Made by a program: the position numbers and the translations under genes. The notes under the pieces are model-generated. The model did not search any database. It saw only the letters and a list, made by a program, of their open reading frames with translations, and was not told where the DNA came from. Below, piece by piece: positions 46,011-55,130 of a stretch of DNA of 64,000 nucleotides (the first letter of the stretch is position 1; each line of letters opens with the position of its first letter). The stretch is from an uncultured delta proteobacterium. Its GTDB lineage: Bacteria; Desulfobacterota; Syntrophia; Syntrophales; UBA2185. Location of the stretch: the NCBI GenBank assembly GCA_963695875.1, contig CAVOID010000015.1, positions 1 through 64,000 on the forward strand, in the 5' to 3' direction.

Positions 46011-46290
46011 CAACTTATAGGAGGAGTACATGCACCAGAAGGAGGTGTATAAGGTTTTCGAGCGCCAGTCTTTTTCCTTGATTCTTTAATCTCATCCATT
46101 GTCATGCCTCTGCGGGGGATAACTAACTTCTGGCCCCGACAGATCAGATTCTAATTCTGATTCTTAATTTTATCTTTGGTTGCCTCGTAAATAACCGGCC
46201 ACAGGAATGGATCTCTATAAATACTTTCAGCTTGCTTATCTGCCCTGGACAATCTCTCTTCTTAGCCACATGCGACCACATCATTGACTT
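46011..46290 (-). pseudogene. degraded LysM-domain gene
   Basis: IYRDPFLWPVIYEATKDKIKNQN*NLICRGQKLVIP LysM pattern with an in-frame TAG. Confidence 0.6.
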
Positions 46291-46296
46291 GTCTCC

Positions 46297-46848
46297 CTAT
46301 TTTTGGGGCGTCACGACAAAATGGTCTCTCCTGTTTTTTGCCCAAGCTTCTTCGTTGTGTCCCGGATCCAGGGGTCTTTCCTTACCATAACTTATCGTTT
46401 TTAACCTTTTCCCATCAATCCCAAGTTCAACAAGATATTTCATGGCTTCCTTAGCGCGTCTTTCGCCAAGCGCAAGGTTGTACTCAGTCGTTCCTCTTTC
46501 ATCACAGTTCCCTTCAATGAGCGCATCATAATTTTTGTTTTTCGTGAGCCAGCCTGCGAGCTGTTTAACAATGTCCCTGGCTTCAGGCCTGAGACTGAAT
46601 TTATCGAACTCAAAATAAATATCTTTAAATGCGATTCCCTCTTTTGCGGAAGCGGCCGTCTCCTGCGTTGCTTCTGCCTCAGCACCTTTTCCTTTTTCAG
46701 TTACGGTGCCGGCACCCGCTGTTGATTCCTTCTGGACAGCCGATTCCTCCCCCTTCACAACAGCTTTCTGTGTACATCCAATAGTAAATAATGACAAAAG
46801 CCAAAGTATGGAAATAATCCAAACCACTAATTTCGGACGCCTTTTCAT
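46297..46848 (-). CDS. pal: peptidoglycan-associated lipoprotein
   Basis: Lipobox TIGC, IYFEFDK, EGNCDERGTTEYNLALGERRA, SYGKERP and KNRR motifs. Confidence 0.93.
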   Translation of the reverse strand: MKRRPKLVVWIISILWLLSLFTIGCTQKAVVKGEESAVQKESTAGAGTVTEKGKGAEAEATQETAASAKEGIAFKDIYFEFDKFSLRPEARDIVKQLAGWLTKNKNYDALIEGNCDERGTTEYNLALGERRAKEAMKYLVELGIDGKRLKTISYGKERPLDPGHNEEAWAKNRRDHFVVTPQK

Positions 46849-46989
46849 CTTAACCCTCCTCTCATAAGATTATTTCAACATACAATATTTGATAATTTGC
46901 AATTTGTCAATTGATTTTTACACAAATTATTTGTATAGAAACGTAAAATGCATTAGAATAAATGCAGATGATTATAGAAAGGATCAGAT

Positions 46990-47490
46990 ATGCCCCAAAA
47001 AGCAAAAGTGGTATCGGACATTATAAACAATATTCGCAGGGTTTTTAAAGTTGTGAACGAGCAGTCAAAGAAAGCAAAAAGGGTTACAGGCATCACAGGG
47101 CCTCAACTTTGGGCAATCAAGATTATAGGAGACTTGTCGCCAGTTAGGGTCTCTGACCTGGCAAGCCGCATGTATATACATCCTGCTACGGTGGTCGGCA
47201 TACTCGATCGCCTTGAATCAAAAGGGCTTGTAAAGAGGGTGAGGTCCAGAGATGACAAGAGGGTTGTAACGGTTGAACTGACGGATGTTGGCAAGAAACT
47301 CGTTAGAAAAGCGCCGGAAGTTGCTCAAGGGTTATTAGTTGCCGGTCTCGAGGTACTAACTCTTAAAAAGCTGCAAAGTATAGCTCAAGGGTTAGATGAA
47401 CTCGTGCACATTCTGGGAGCCCAAGAATTACCACCGCGATTGATTCTTCTGCCTGAGGTGAATCGGCCTAAAAAGCGAAAAAAGGAATAA
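46990..47490 (+). CDS. MarR family transcriptional regulator
   Basis: ITGPQLW, ATVVGILDRLESKGLVKR and DDKR wHTH motifs. Confidence 0.9.
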   Translation: MPQKAKVVSDIINNIRRVFKVVNEQSKKAKRVTGITGPQLWAIKIIGDLSPVRVSDLASRMYIHPATVVGILDRLESKGLVKRVRSRDDKRVVTVELTDVGKKLVRKAPEVAQGLLVAGLEVLTLKKLQSIAQGLDELVHILGAQELPPRLILLPEVNRPKKRKKE

Positions 47491-47832
47491 GATGGCACAC
47501 ATCACAAAAGATTCCAAGATACCTGCAATGCTCCATTTCCATCCACTATTTCCACCTTATTAAATATATCCGGGGTAACACTTTGTGAAAGAGACCATGT
47601 TTAGCATCAGGCCGGTGATCCTCAATCCAATGAAGTGAAAAATCCCGAATTTCCCCTGTAGTCATTCTTGGGCATAATGATGCCTCCATCATCTTCATTA
47701 CAAATTTTGTCCGAGAAGGTTTTTCTTTTTTGCTGATATTACTAATTTTTTTATTTCTTTTGCCGATATAAGACACAGATGCTTATATCCGTTGTGCCAG
47801 GTCTTGTTGGAAGAATTCTTTGCCTTTGACAC

Positions 47833-47848
47833 TGGTATCAATCTTGCC
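47833..47848 (+). promoter_or_regulatory. candidate sigma54 promoter (TGGTATCAATCTTGCC)
   Basis: GG-N10-GC spacing, upstream of a small membrane ORF. Confidence 0.45.
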
Positions 47849-47962
47849 TCTTTTCATCTTTCCATGAAGGAATGGAGAAAAGATTTCCCAGATTGTATTG
47901 GTTGAGGAATTGCCGGAAAAATGAGCCACGTAGCGATCAGACTTTTAAAAAGAGGCGGAGAA

Positions 47963-48118
47963 ATGGTCCACCGTTTTCAAGACTATATTAAAACCAGGCC
48001 ATGGAATGATAACATGGATGATATTGAAGATGTCATCAAACCCTTTATGTGGGTAGTAATCGCCTTCACTTTTGTTTTTATCATCCTTCAGGTAGTTGTC
48101 TCGATCCTTCTGATGTAA
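47963..48118 (+). CDS. small single-TM protein (51 aa)
   Basis: GAGGCGGAG RBS and a hydrophobic C-terminal helix. Confidence 0.5.
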   Translation: MVHRFQDYIKTRPWNDNMDDIEDVIKPFMWVVIAFTFVFIILQVVVSILLM

Positions 48119-48297
48119 CTTTACAGCTAACAGTTCTTTCTATTAAATTTCCCGTCACATGCCATGAAAAAGATTCTCATCACCGCTGCTAACGTCTTCA
48201 TTGGGTTCCATCAACCGGCGCGTTACCCGATTATTAATCATAAAATTATGGGTGCGAAATGCCCGGCTGCTAATTCTTGCCTTTCAAATGCCGCGAC

Positions 48298-49392
48298 TTA
48301 GTCCCCGAAAGAGATCCCAATTTCCCGAGCCGTCTTAATTTTATCACTATCAATGGGAACATTTTTTATGCGTCCGATTATCTTCTCAAGGGGCACTGCT
48401 TTTATATGCGGCGGATCAAGGGCCACCATGGTACCGAACTTTTGCTCCCCAATACTGCGAACGGCCGCCGCACCGAAACGGAGGGCTACCAGCCGATCAA
48501 ATGTTGTAGGAGGACCGCCGCGCTGTAAATGGCCAAGAACCAGGGACCGTGTCTCTTTACCCGTACGTGCCGCAATCTCCTTTGCTAAATACTCCCCTAT
48601 ACCACCCAGAACGACATCCTGCCGGCCAATTTCTCCCTTGCCTTTGTCCATTGTACGACCGCCGGCAGGGGATGCCCCTTCTGCAACGACAACAATTGAG
48701 TAATGTTGGCCGCGAACATCGTAGTCCATTATGTGATCGCAGACCTTATCAATATGAAATGGTATCTCCGGAATGAGAATAACATCCGCTGATCCGGATA
48801 AGCCACTATTCAACGCAATCCACCCTGAATGACGCCCCATAACCTCTACAACCATTACCCGTTCATGTGACTTGGCTGTGGAATGAAGACGGTCAATGGC
48901 CTCTGTAGCTATACTTACGGCAGTGTCAAAACCGAAGGTGATTACTGTCTCACAGATATCATTATCTATGGTCTTGGGCACACCAACGACAGGTATTCCT
49001 TTCTTAAATAAATCATAAGCAATACCTAAGCTGCCATCACCGCCTACCGCTACCAGGCAATCAAAACGAAGGCGTTTAAAATTTTCGATGACTTTATCCG
49101 ATACATCACGTATTTCAACCTCACCGGCCATATTTGTTACCGGCATTTGAAATGGATTGCCCCGGTTTGTTGTCCCCAGGATCGTCCCCCCGGTGTTGGA
49201 AATGTGACTTACTATTTCAGGAGTCAAACGGATAACTTCATCAGTATTCAGGAGACCGGTGTAACTATTCTTGATACCATATACTTCCCAACCTCTGTTG
49301 TAGGCCGCCATGACAACAGCTTCAATAACTGCATTAAGTCCGGGTGCATCGCCTCCCCCGGTATTTATGGCAATTCTCATCTTCTTTTCCAT
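48298..49392 (-). CDS. pfkA: 6-phosphofructokinase (group III type; GGDGS and PKTIDND suggest ATP dependence)
   Basis: TGGGDAPGLN, GGTILGT, VMGRHSG and LGHLQRGG motifs. Confidence 0.93.
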   Translation of the reverse strand: MEKKMRIAINTGGGDAPGLNAVIEAVVMAAYNRGWEVYGIKNSYTGLLNTDEVIRLTPEIVSHISNTGGTILGTTNRGNPFQMPVTNMAGEVEIRDVSDKVIENFKRLRFDCLVAVGGDGSLGIAYDLFKKGIPVVGVPKTIDNDICETVITFGFDTAVSIATEAIDRLHSTAKSHERVMVVEVMGRHSGWIALNSGLSGSADVILIPEIPFHIDKVCDHIMDYDVRGQHYSIVVVAEGASPAGGRTMDKGKGEIGRQDVVLGGIGEYLAKEIAARTGKETRSLVLGHLQRGGPPTTFDRLVALRFGAAAVRSIGEQKFGTMVALDPPHIKAVPLEKIIGRIKNVPIDSDKIKTAREIGISFGD

Positions 49393-49610
49393 TATGCCCC
49401 CTTTTAGACACTATGTTTTGTATTTTATTAGCAAATATTGTACCATACTATGTTCCCTGAGATCATACAAAAAGGCCGGCTAATAAGAATATGAGGGATC
49501 AAATTTGCTATTGTACTATCAAACAGCATACAATTCCTCCCTGATCCCAATGGTTAAGTTGCAATTTCGGACAAATACTATTATAAACAGGCCACCAAAT
49601 TGGAGAGCAT

Positions 49611-50837
49611 ATGGAAAAGCCTGTCCTAAGAAGGGACATTCAACCTGTCGCCACAACAGTTAAAGGTCGTCAAATGATCGTCTTTCATGATCCTTACCAT
49701 TTGACCGACCATAGCATCGCTATCGATAAGAAGGCCCTTCCCATCCTGCAGTTGCTTGACGGGACGCATGACCTCAGAGATATTCAAATGATAATGATGA
49801 AACAGCAGGGTGGCAGCATTGTTTACATCTCTGAAATCGAATCTTTTATTGAAATGCTTGACAGTGCCTGTCTTTTAAACAGCGAATTCTTTAACAATAG
49901 AATGAGCAGGCTTCGATACGAATTCGGCAGCCGGCAAAATCGTCTCCCTGCACATGCCGGAAAATCCTATGCGGCAGAGCCTGGTCAGTTTGCCCAGTTC
50001 ATACATGACGTTGAAAACAATCTCAACCAAGATAATTTACGATATACAAGGGATAATATTACCGGCATCCTCGCTCCACATATAGATATCAAGGTTGCCA
50101 AGGAAACCTATATTAACTCTTACCGCTGTTTAAAGGGCAGGAATTATGATCTCGTCGTTATTTTCGGAATCAACCACCACGAACAGGAAGGGCTTTATTG
50201 TGTTTCAGAAAAGAATTATGTGACACCTTTCGGGGAAATCAAATCCGACAGAAATTTCATTTCAGGATTAAAGAGCAATTTACCCGAGGGAACGTTTGCA
50301 GCAGATGATTTTGGCCATATGATGGAACATTCCATCGAATTTCAAACCATTTTTTTGCACCATTATCTGCAGGGACCGTTTTCAATAGCAGCGATTCTGT
50401 GTGGGGGCGTTCATGAGTTTATCTACCAAAAGAAAAATATCCTCGCCGATGAGAGATTCCGGGGGATGGTAGATGCGATGAAGAAATTAATGCAAAAGGG
50501 AAACAACCGTACCCTTATTGTGGCAGGTGTCGACCTCTCCCATATTGGAATCAAATTTGGAGACCAATTGCCGGCGGATGCCATTCTGCCTCAGGCGACA
50601 TCTAATGATAAAACGATATTGTCTTTCCTTGCGCGGGGAGAACCGGAAAATATTTTCCAAAACGCAGTCGAAACCCAGGACAGATACCATGTCTGCGGTC
50701 TTCCTGCCATCCTGCTTTTTGCCAGCCTGTTTGCAGAAAGCCGCGCAGACATTCTTCATTTTGACACTTATAATGAGCGAGAAACACACAGTGCCGTAAA
50801 CTATGCATCCTTGATTTTCTTCTCCAAATCGGAATAA
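49611..50837 (+). CDS. MEMO1 / AmmeMemoRadiSam protein B with N-terminal extension
   Basis: PAHAGKSY, APHID, EHSIEFQ, DLSHIG and VCG motifs. Confidence 0.85.
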   Translation: MEKPVLRRDIQPVATTVKGRQMIVFHDPYHLTDHSIAIDKKALPILQLLDGTHDLRDIQMIMMKQQGGSIVYISEIESFIEMLDSACLLNSEFFNNRMSRLRYEFGSRQNRLPAHAGKSYAAEPGQFAQFIHDVENNLNQDNLRYTRDNITGILAPHIDIKVAKETYINSYRCLKGRNYDLVVIFGINHHEQEGLYCVSEKNYVTPFGEIKSDRNFISGLKSNLPEGTFAADDFGHMMEHSIEFQTIFLHHYLQGPFSIAAILCGGVHEFIYQKKNILADERFRGMVDAMKKLMQKGNNRTLIVAGVDLSHIGIKFGDQLPADAILPQATSNDKTILSFLARGEPENIFQNAVETQDRYHVCGLPAILLFASLFAESRADILHFDTYNERETHSAVNYASLIFFSKSE

Positions 50838-50982
50838 AGCCGGTAAAGGAGCATTTAACACTTACCCCAATCCTATATATTTACATTCTTACCCATATAG
50901 CCCAAATTGATGAATGTGATTGACATAATTGTATATTTAAAGTACTTTGAAAAGAATATTCGACATTAGGAGGAACAAAAGG

Positions 50983-51453
50983 ATGGCTGCTAATAAATTG
51001 CGTGTTTTAATACCAGCGGTGTCCTTGATGCTGGTAATGGCTGCATGGATTACTATATCGGGAGAAGTATACGGAGGCACACTTTACCAATATATAGATA
51101 AGGACGGCTCCACCGTAATTACCGACAACCCCCCGGAGGGAGTCCAAGCCGAACCTCTGATGTCATTGCCCGATATGACAGAAGAACAAAAGGCAGAGAC
51201 TGAAAAAGAGGATGACGCAAAAATTCAAAAAAATCAGCAGGCTGATATAAAAAGGCTGGAGAAGGATGAAAAAATCAAAACTGCCAGAGAAGAATTGGAG
51301 AGGGCAAAAAATGATGCAGACCTCTACAGATCGAATATGAACCAATCTGCCAATTATTCGCAAAGGCATCACTGGCGGGTTATGTTAGACGAACAACAAA
51401 AAGTGATTGAGGAAAAGCAGAAATTGATTGATGAACTTGAAGCACAACCATGA
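50983..51453 (+). CDS. DUF4124 domain exported coiled-coil protein
   Basis: Signal peptide and LYQYIDKDGSTVITDNPP motif. Confidence 0.75.
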   Translation: MAANKLRVLIPAVSLMLVMAAWITISGEVYGGTLYQYIDKDGSTVITDNPPEGVQAEPLMSLPDMTEEQKAETEKEDDAKIQKNQQADIKRLEKDEKIKTAREELERAKNDADLYRSNMNQSANYSQRHHWRVMLDEQQKVIEEKQKLIDELEAQP

Positions 51454-51462
51454 CATAGATAG

Positions 51463-52296
51463 TTGTTCAACATGGTTGAAAAAAGACACTTATCACAACG
51501 CAGTTTCTATATCCATGCCGCCCGCCATCGCCTCTTTGCTCAATTCATCGATTCAGATTCTGAGGATCCCAAAAAGAGTCCAACAACCTTAGTCTTTCTG
51601 CATGAAGGACTCGGCAGTATCGCTCAGTGGCGTGATTTCCCTGCTTGCCTGAGCGCGATGACCGGATTACCCACATTGGTATATGAGCGATGGGGATACG
51701 GAAGCTCTGACACCCTAAATGTCCCAAGAACCATGGGCTACCTTCATGATGAGGCTTTGATAAGCCTCCCCGAGGTGTTGGAGCAGGTAAATATCAATGA
51801 TGCCATTCTGATCGGTCACAGCGACGGCGGCTCTATCGCCCTTATTTTTTCGGCCATTCATGGAGACAAGGTTCGCGGAGTTATCACAGAAGCGGCACAC
51901 GTCTTTGTTGAAGATGTAACAATAGCCGGTATACGCCAGGCCTTCGAGCTGTACGGGACAACCGATCTCAAGGATCGTCTGCATAAATTTCACAAGAATA
52001 ACACTGATCTGATGTTTCGCTCCTGGGCCGACACGTGGCTTGCCCCATGGTTTCGCAATTGGAATATTGAAGAATACCTTTCACGAATTACCTGTCCTCT
52101 CCTCGTGATCCAGGGGGAAGACGACGAATACGGAACAAGTGCACAGGTAGAATCGATCATATCGCAGGCAGGAGGTCCGGCGGAGGGCGTCATCGTATCA
52201 AACTGCGGGCATGTTCCGCATCACCAAGCCCGTGAGCGTGTGCTCGATAGAATGGCCCGTTTCATCAGTTCTCTTGCTCATTCGAAGCAAATCTAA
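51463..52296 (+). CDS. alpha/beta hydrolase
   Basis: FLHEGLGS, GHSDGG nucleophile elbow, QGEDDEYG and GHVPH motifs. Confidence 0.9.
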   Translation: MFNMVEKRHLSQRSFYIHAARHRLFAQFIDSDSEDPKKSPTTLVFLHEGLGSIAQWRDFPACLSAMTGLPTLVYERWGYGSSDTLNVPRTMGYLHDEALISLPEVLEQVNINDAILIGHSDGGSIALIFSAIHGDKVRGVITEAAHVFVEDVTIAGIRQAFELYGTTDLKDRLHKFHKNNTDLMFRSWADTWLAPWFRNWNIEEYLSRITCPLLVIQGEDDEYGTSAQVESIISQAGGPAEGVIVSNCGHVPHHQARERVLDRMARFISSLAHSKQI

Positions 52297-53498
52297 TCAT
52301 CTTTCAGAATACGAACCCCTATTCTTGTCTTGTCATAACAGTATGCCTCAAGCCCCGGCACGATCATGCGTACAGTCGGAATGCCTGTGTCCGGTCTTGT
52401 AAGATCTACCGCAATTACCCGAGCCAAGCCCCTTGCCCACAGTTTCGCAATCATAGTTCTGATATCCAGCAGTATGTCCTTACTGAAATCCACTTCAATA
52501 TCTCGAAGTCCCTTCCGAGCATACGCATAGAACCTCGGATCATCGTCGCCTTCACGATCACCAAGATAGGCCGTTATGGGTTCGCATATTCCCTCGATAC
52601 CGAATTTTTGGATCAACAAAGCCCTGGTGGTCACGATTTCGAGAAGTGAACGGATCATGGCGACGCGGGGATCAAGATGGGCGCCAAAACCGTCTATAGG
52701 TTTCATTGTTGGATGAACCAAGTCGTGGGAAAAGGCGGCAATGACAGGAACTCCAATGTCCGAAGTTATGTCCTTAGCGACTATCTCAATACCGGCATGC
52801 TCGAATTTTTCGAAGATTTTAATTATGAACTGGTTGGCCGGCTCATCCTCGATAAACAGGGCATCGCTGTAACTACGTGTATACCGCACTATGCTCCATG
52901 CGTCTCGCTCGATAACCTCGGCAAGACCGTGAACGACGGCCTCTTCAATGGTATTCCCCGCAGCAATGCCGTTTGTATGAGTATCCATAAGAAAGACATC
53001 GTCCAGATGGCAAGGATGGTAGACCGCGCAGGCGGGGACCAGGATATCTTCGTTGCGCGCCAAATCGCATCCCCAGACCCAGTGAATATCCCGATCATGG
53101 TTGTAATCGCTGTCGTTGGACAGAATCAGCTCGTGAGGATCAAGAATGTTGAACTTCTGTTTCAATTGGTTATAGCTGCCTTTGACCAGTTTATTCCTGT
53201 ACTCGTCCATGAATTCTGACGAATAGCGCTCGATGGATTCCATCGTCAAAGACACCTGGGCCTGAATCTGAGATACTCCCTTGCCCGTATGACTCGTTTT
53301 CGAATTGTCCGGTCTGATCCGGTGACAGGTAAAAACCGGAATCCCGATCCTGTCGAGATCCGATGCTTCCCTAAAGTCAATCATGCTGACCAGGTGTCTA
53401 ATGCTTTCGACAAAATGAAGTGTGGACTCCGGTGTCCTGGAGCGGTGTGTTTCCAGAATGTATACCTTGGGACATTCTCTTAGAATCATGCCTGGCAT
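52293..53498 (-). CDS. YcaO-family protein
   Basis: LDRIGIPV, GKG, MESIERYS, NGIAAGN, EVIERDA and VIAVDLT...PGLE motifs. Confidence 0.9.
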   Translation of the reverse strand: MPGMILRECPKVYILETHRSRTPESTLHFVESIRHLVSMIDFREASDLDRIGIPVFTCHRIRPDNSKTSHTGKGVSQIQAQVSLTMESIERYSSEFMDEYRNKLVKGSYNQLKQKFNILDPHELILSNDSDYNHDRDIHWVWGCDLARNEDILVPACAVYHPCHLDDVFLMDTHTNGIAAGNTIEEAVVHGLAEVIERDAWSIVRYTRSYSDALFIEDEPANQFIIKIFEKFEHAGIEIVAKDITSDIGVPVIAAFSHDLVHPTMKPIDGFGAHLDPRVAMIRSLLEIVTTRALLIQKFGIEGICEPITAYLGDREGDDDPRFYAYARKGLRDIEVDFSKDILLDIRTMIAKLWARGLARVIAVDLTRPDTGIPTVRMIVPGLEAYCYDKTRIGVRILKDD

Positions 53499-53730
53499 TT
53501 TTATACTCCTCCATTCATATTATTCTTGCCTGGAGTATAACACAATAGGACCATACTTCCAAATTCGTGAGAGAACTTTAAGAACTTGGAAAAGATCCTG
53601 GAACAATATGAAGGGTTGAAGAAACCCCTTCATATGATCTGCAGGCATATCAGTATTTAAACAATTTGTTTCCTTCAGTGAGTCTTGAGGACTTACAACT
53701 TAAAAGAATGGGCAATTGCAGAAGTCTCTT

Positions 53731-54696
53731 TCAAATACATCCCTGCAGGTATTTTCGGGCAATCTCCTCGGCCAGTGTACAGGGATCTGATTCCTTGTTG
53801 AGTAATTTTTCAATCATTCGATCGAGTTCCCCGGTGCTGACCAGGATTTTCAGCACCGGTTCAAGAATATTCGATCGGAGCGCCTCATTCAACTCATGCA
53901 CTGTCTTTCTGCGGATGCGATCACCAATGAAATCATTCTTTACGAGGAAGTCATAGTGTTCATGAACCTTGTCGGATAGTTTTTCAATATCCCCCTCAAA
54001 TTCATCCGGCTTGAAAGAATTCCCAATCGTCACAATCGGTGGACGCCAGCCGCCAGGCGGTATGGGAGACATTTCAATCATGGCCATCAACTCCCGCTGG
54101 AGCTTACCCGATCCCTCACGGTCAGACTTGTTGATAACAAATACGTCCGCAATTTCCATGATTCCCGCTTTGATCGCCTGGATCTCGTCTCCCATTCCCG
54201 GCACAAGGACAACAAGGACCGTATGAGCATAGTTGATGATCTCCACCTCCTGCTGCCCCGTACCAACAGTTTCCACAAGTACAAGATCTTTCCCCATGGC
54301 ATCCATAACATGGATGGCATCACCAACCGCCTTTGAGAGCCCACCTAGGGATCCCCGGGTGGCAAGGCTCCTGATAAAGACACCGGGGTCTTCAGAGTGC
54401 CGCTGCATGCGGATCCTGTCGCCAAGTGTTGCTCCTCCCGTAAAGGGACTGGTAGGATCAACAGCAAGGACGCCGATCGTCTTTTCCTTCCTTCGGCATG
54501 TTTCAATCAGACCGTCAATTATAGTGCTCTTCCCCGCCCCCGGCGAGCCCGTAATACCCACCACCTGCGCTTTGCCCGTATAGGGGAAAATGTGTTTGAT
54601 CGTCGATTTTGCTCCAGGAATATTATCCTCTATATCTCTTATAAGGCGGGATGCAGCCCGGATGTCTCCCGCCTTAATCTTCTCATCTATTTCCAT
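53731..54696 (-). CDS. meaB: MeaB/ArgK G-protein chaperone of a B12 mutase
   Basis: GSPGAGKST, AVDPTSPFTGG, ETVG and NKSD motifs; overlaps the upstream stop as TAATG. Confidence 0.93.
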   Translation of the reverse strand: MEIDEKIKAGDIRAASRLIRDIEDNIPGAKSTIKHIFPYTGKAQVVGITGSPGAGKSTIIDGLIETCRRKEKTIGVLAVDPTSPFTGGATLGDRIRMQRHSEDPGVFIRSLATRGSLGGLSKAVGDAIHVMDAMGKDLVLVETVGTGQQEVEIINYAHTVLVVLVPGMGDEIQAIKAGIMEIADVFVINKSDREGSGKLQRELMAMIEMSPIPPGGWRPPIVTIGNSFKPDEFEGDIEKLSDKVHEHYDFLVKNDFIGDRIRRKTVHELNEALRSNILEPVLKILVSTGELDRMIEKLLNKESDPCTLAEEIARKYLQGCI

Positions 54697-55106
54697 TACA
54701 TCCTTTCCGACGGCTTTACATTCTTGCTGACCCACTCTACGATCGAATCCAGGGTAGTACCTGGCACAAAGATCGCCTTGATACCGGCGTCTAAGAGCTT
54801 CTTAAAATCCTGCTCGGGAATGATACCACCTCCTATTACGGTAATGTCATCCGCTCCTTTTTCCTTCAATAAAGTGACTACCTGGGGGAATAAATACCGG
54901 TGAGCTCCTGATAGACAACTCAAGCCGACAACATCAACGTCTTCCTGGATTGCAGAAGCCGCGATCTGCGCCGGTGTCTGATGGCATCCCGTGTAGATTA
55001 CTTCAAATCCCGCATCCCGGAAACACCTGGCTAAAATTCTGGCTCCCCGATCATGACCGTCCAGCCCCGGCTTTGCCACCATTATACGAATCTTTCTCTC
55101 AGCCAT
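54696..55106 (-). CDS. cobalamin-binding small subunit of an acyl-CoA mutase (IcmB-like)
   Basis: KPGLDGHDRGA (DxHxxG), SCLSGAH and GGGIIP motifs. Confidence 0.93.
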   Translation of the reverse strand: MAERKIRIMVAKPGLDGHDRGARILARCFRDAGFEVIYTGCHQTPAQIAASAIQEDVDVVGLSCLSGAHRYLFPQVVTLLKEKGADDITVIGGGIIPEQDFKKLLDAGIKAIFVPGTTLDSIVEWVSKNVKPSERM

Positions 55107-55130
55107 CTCCTTCTCCTTCCTTATTTACTT

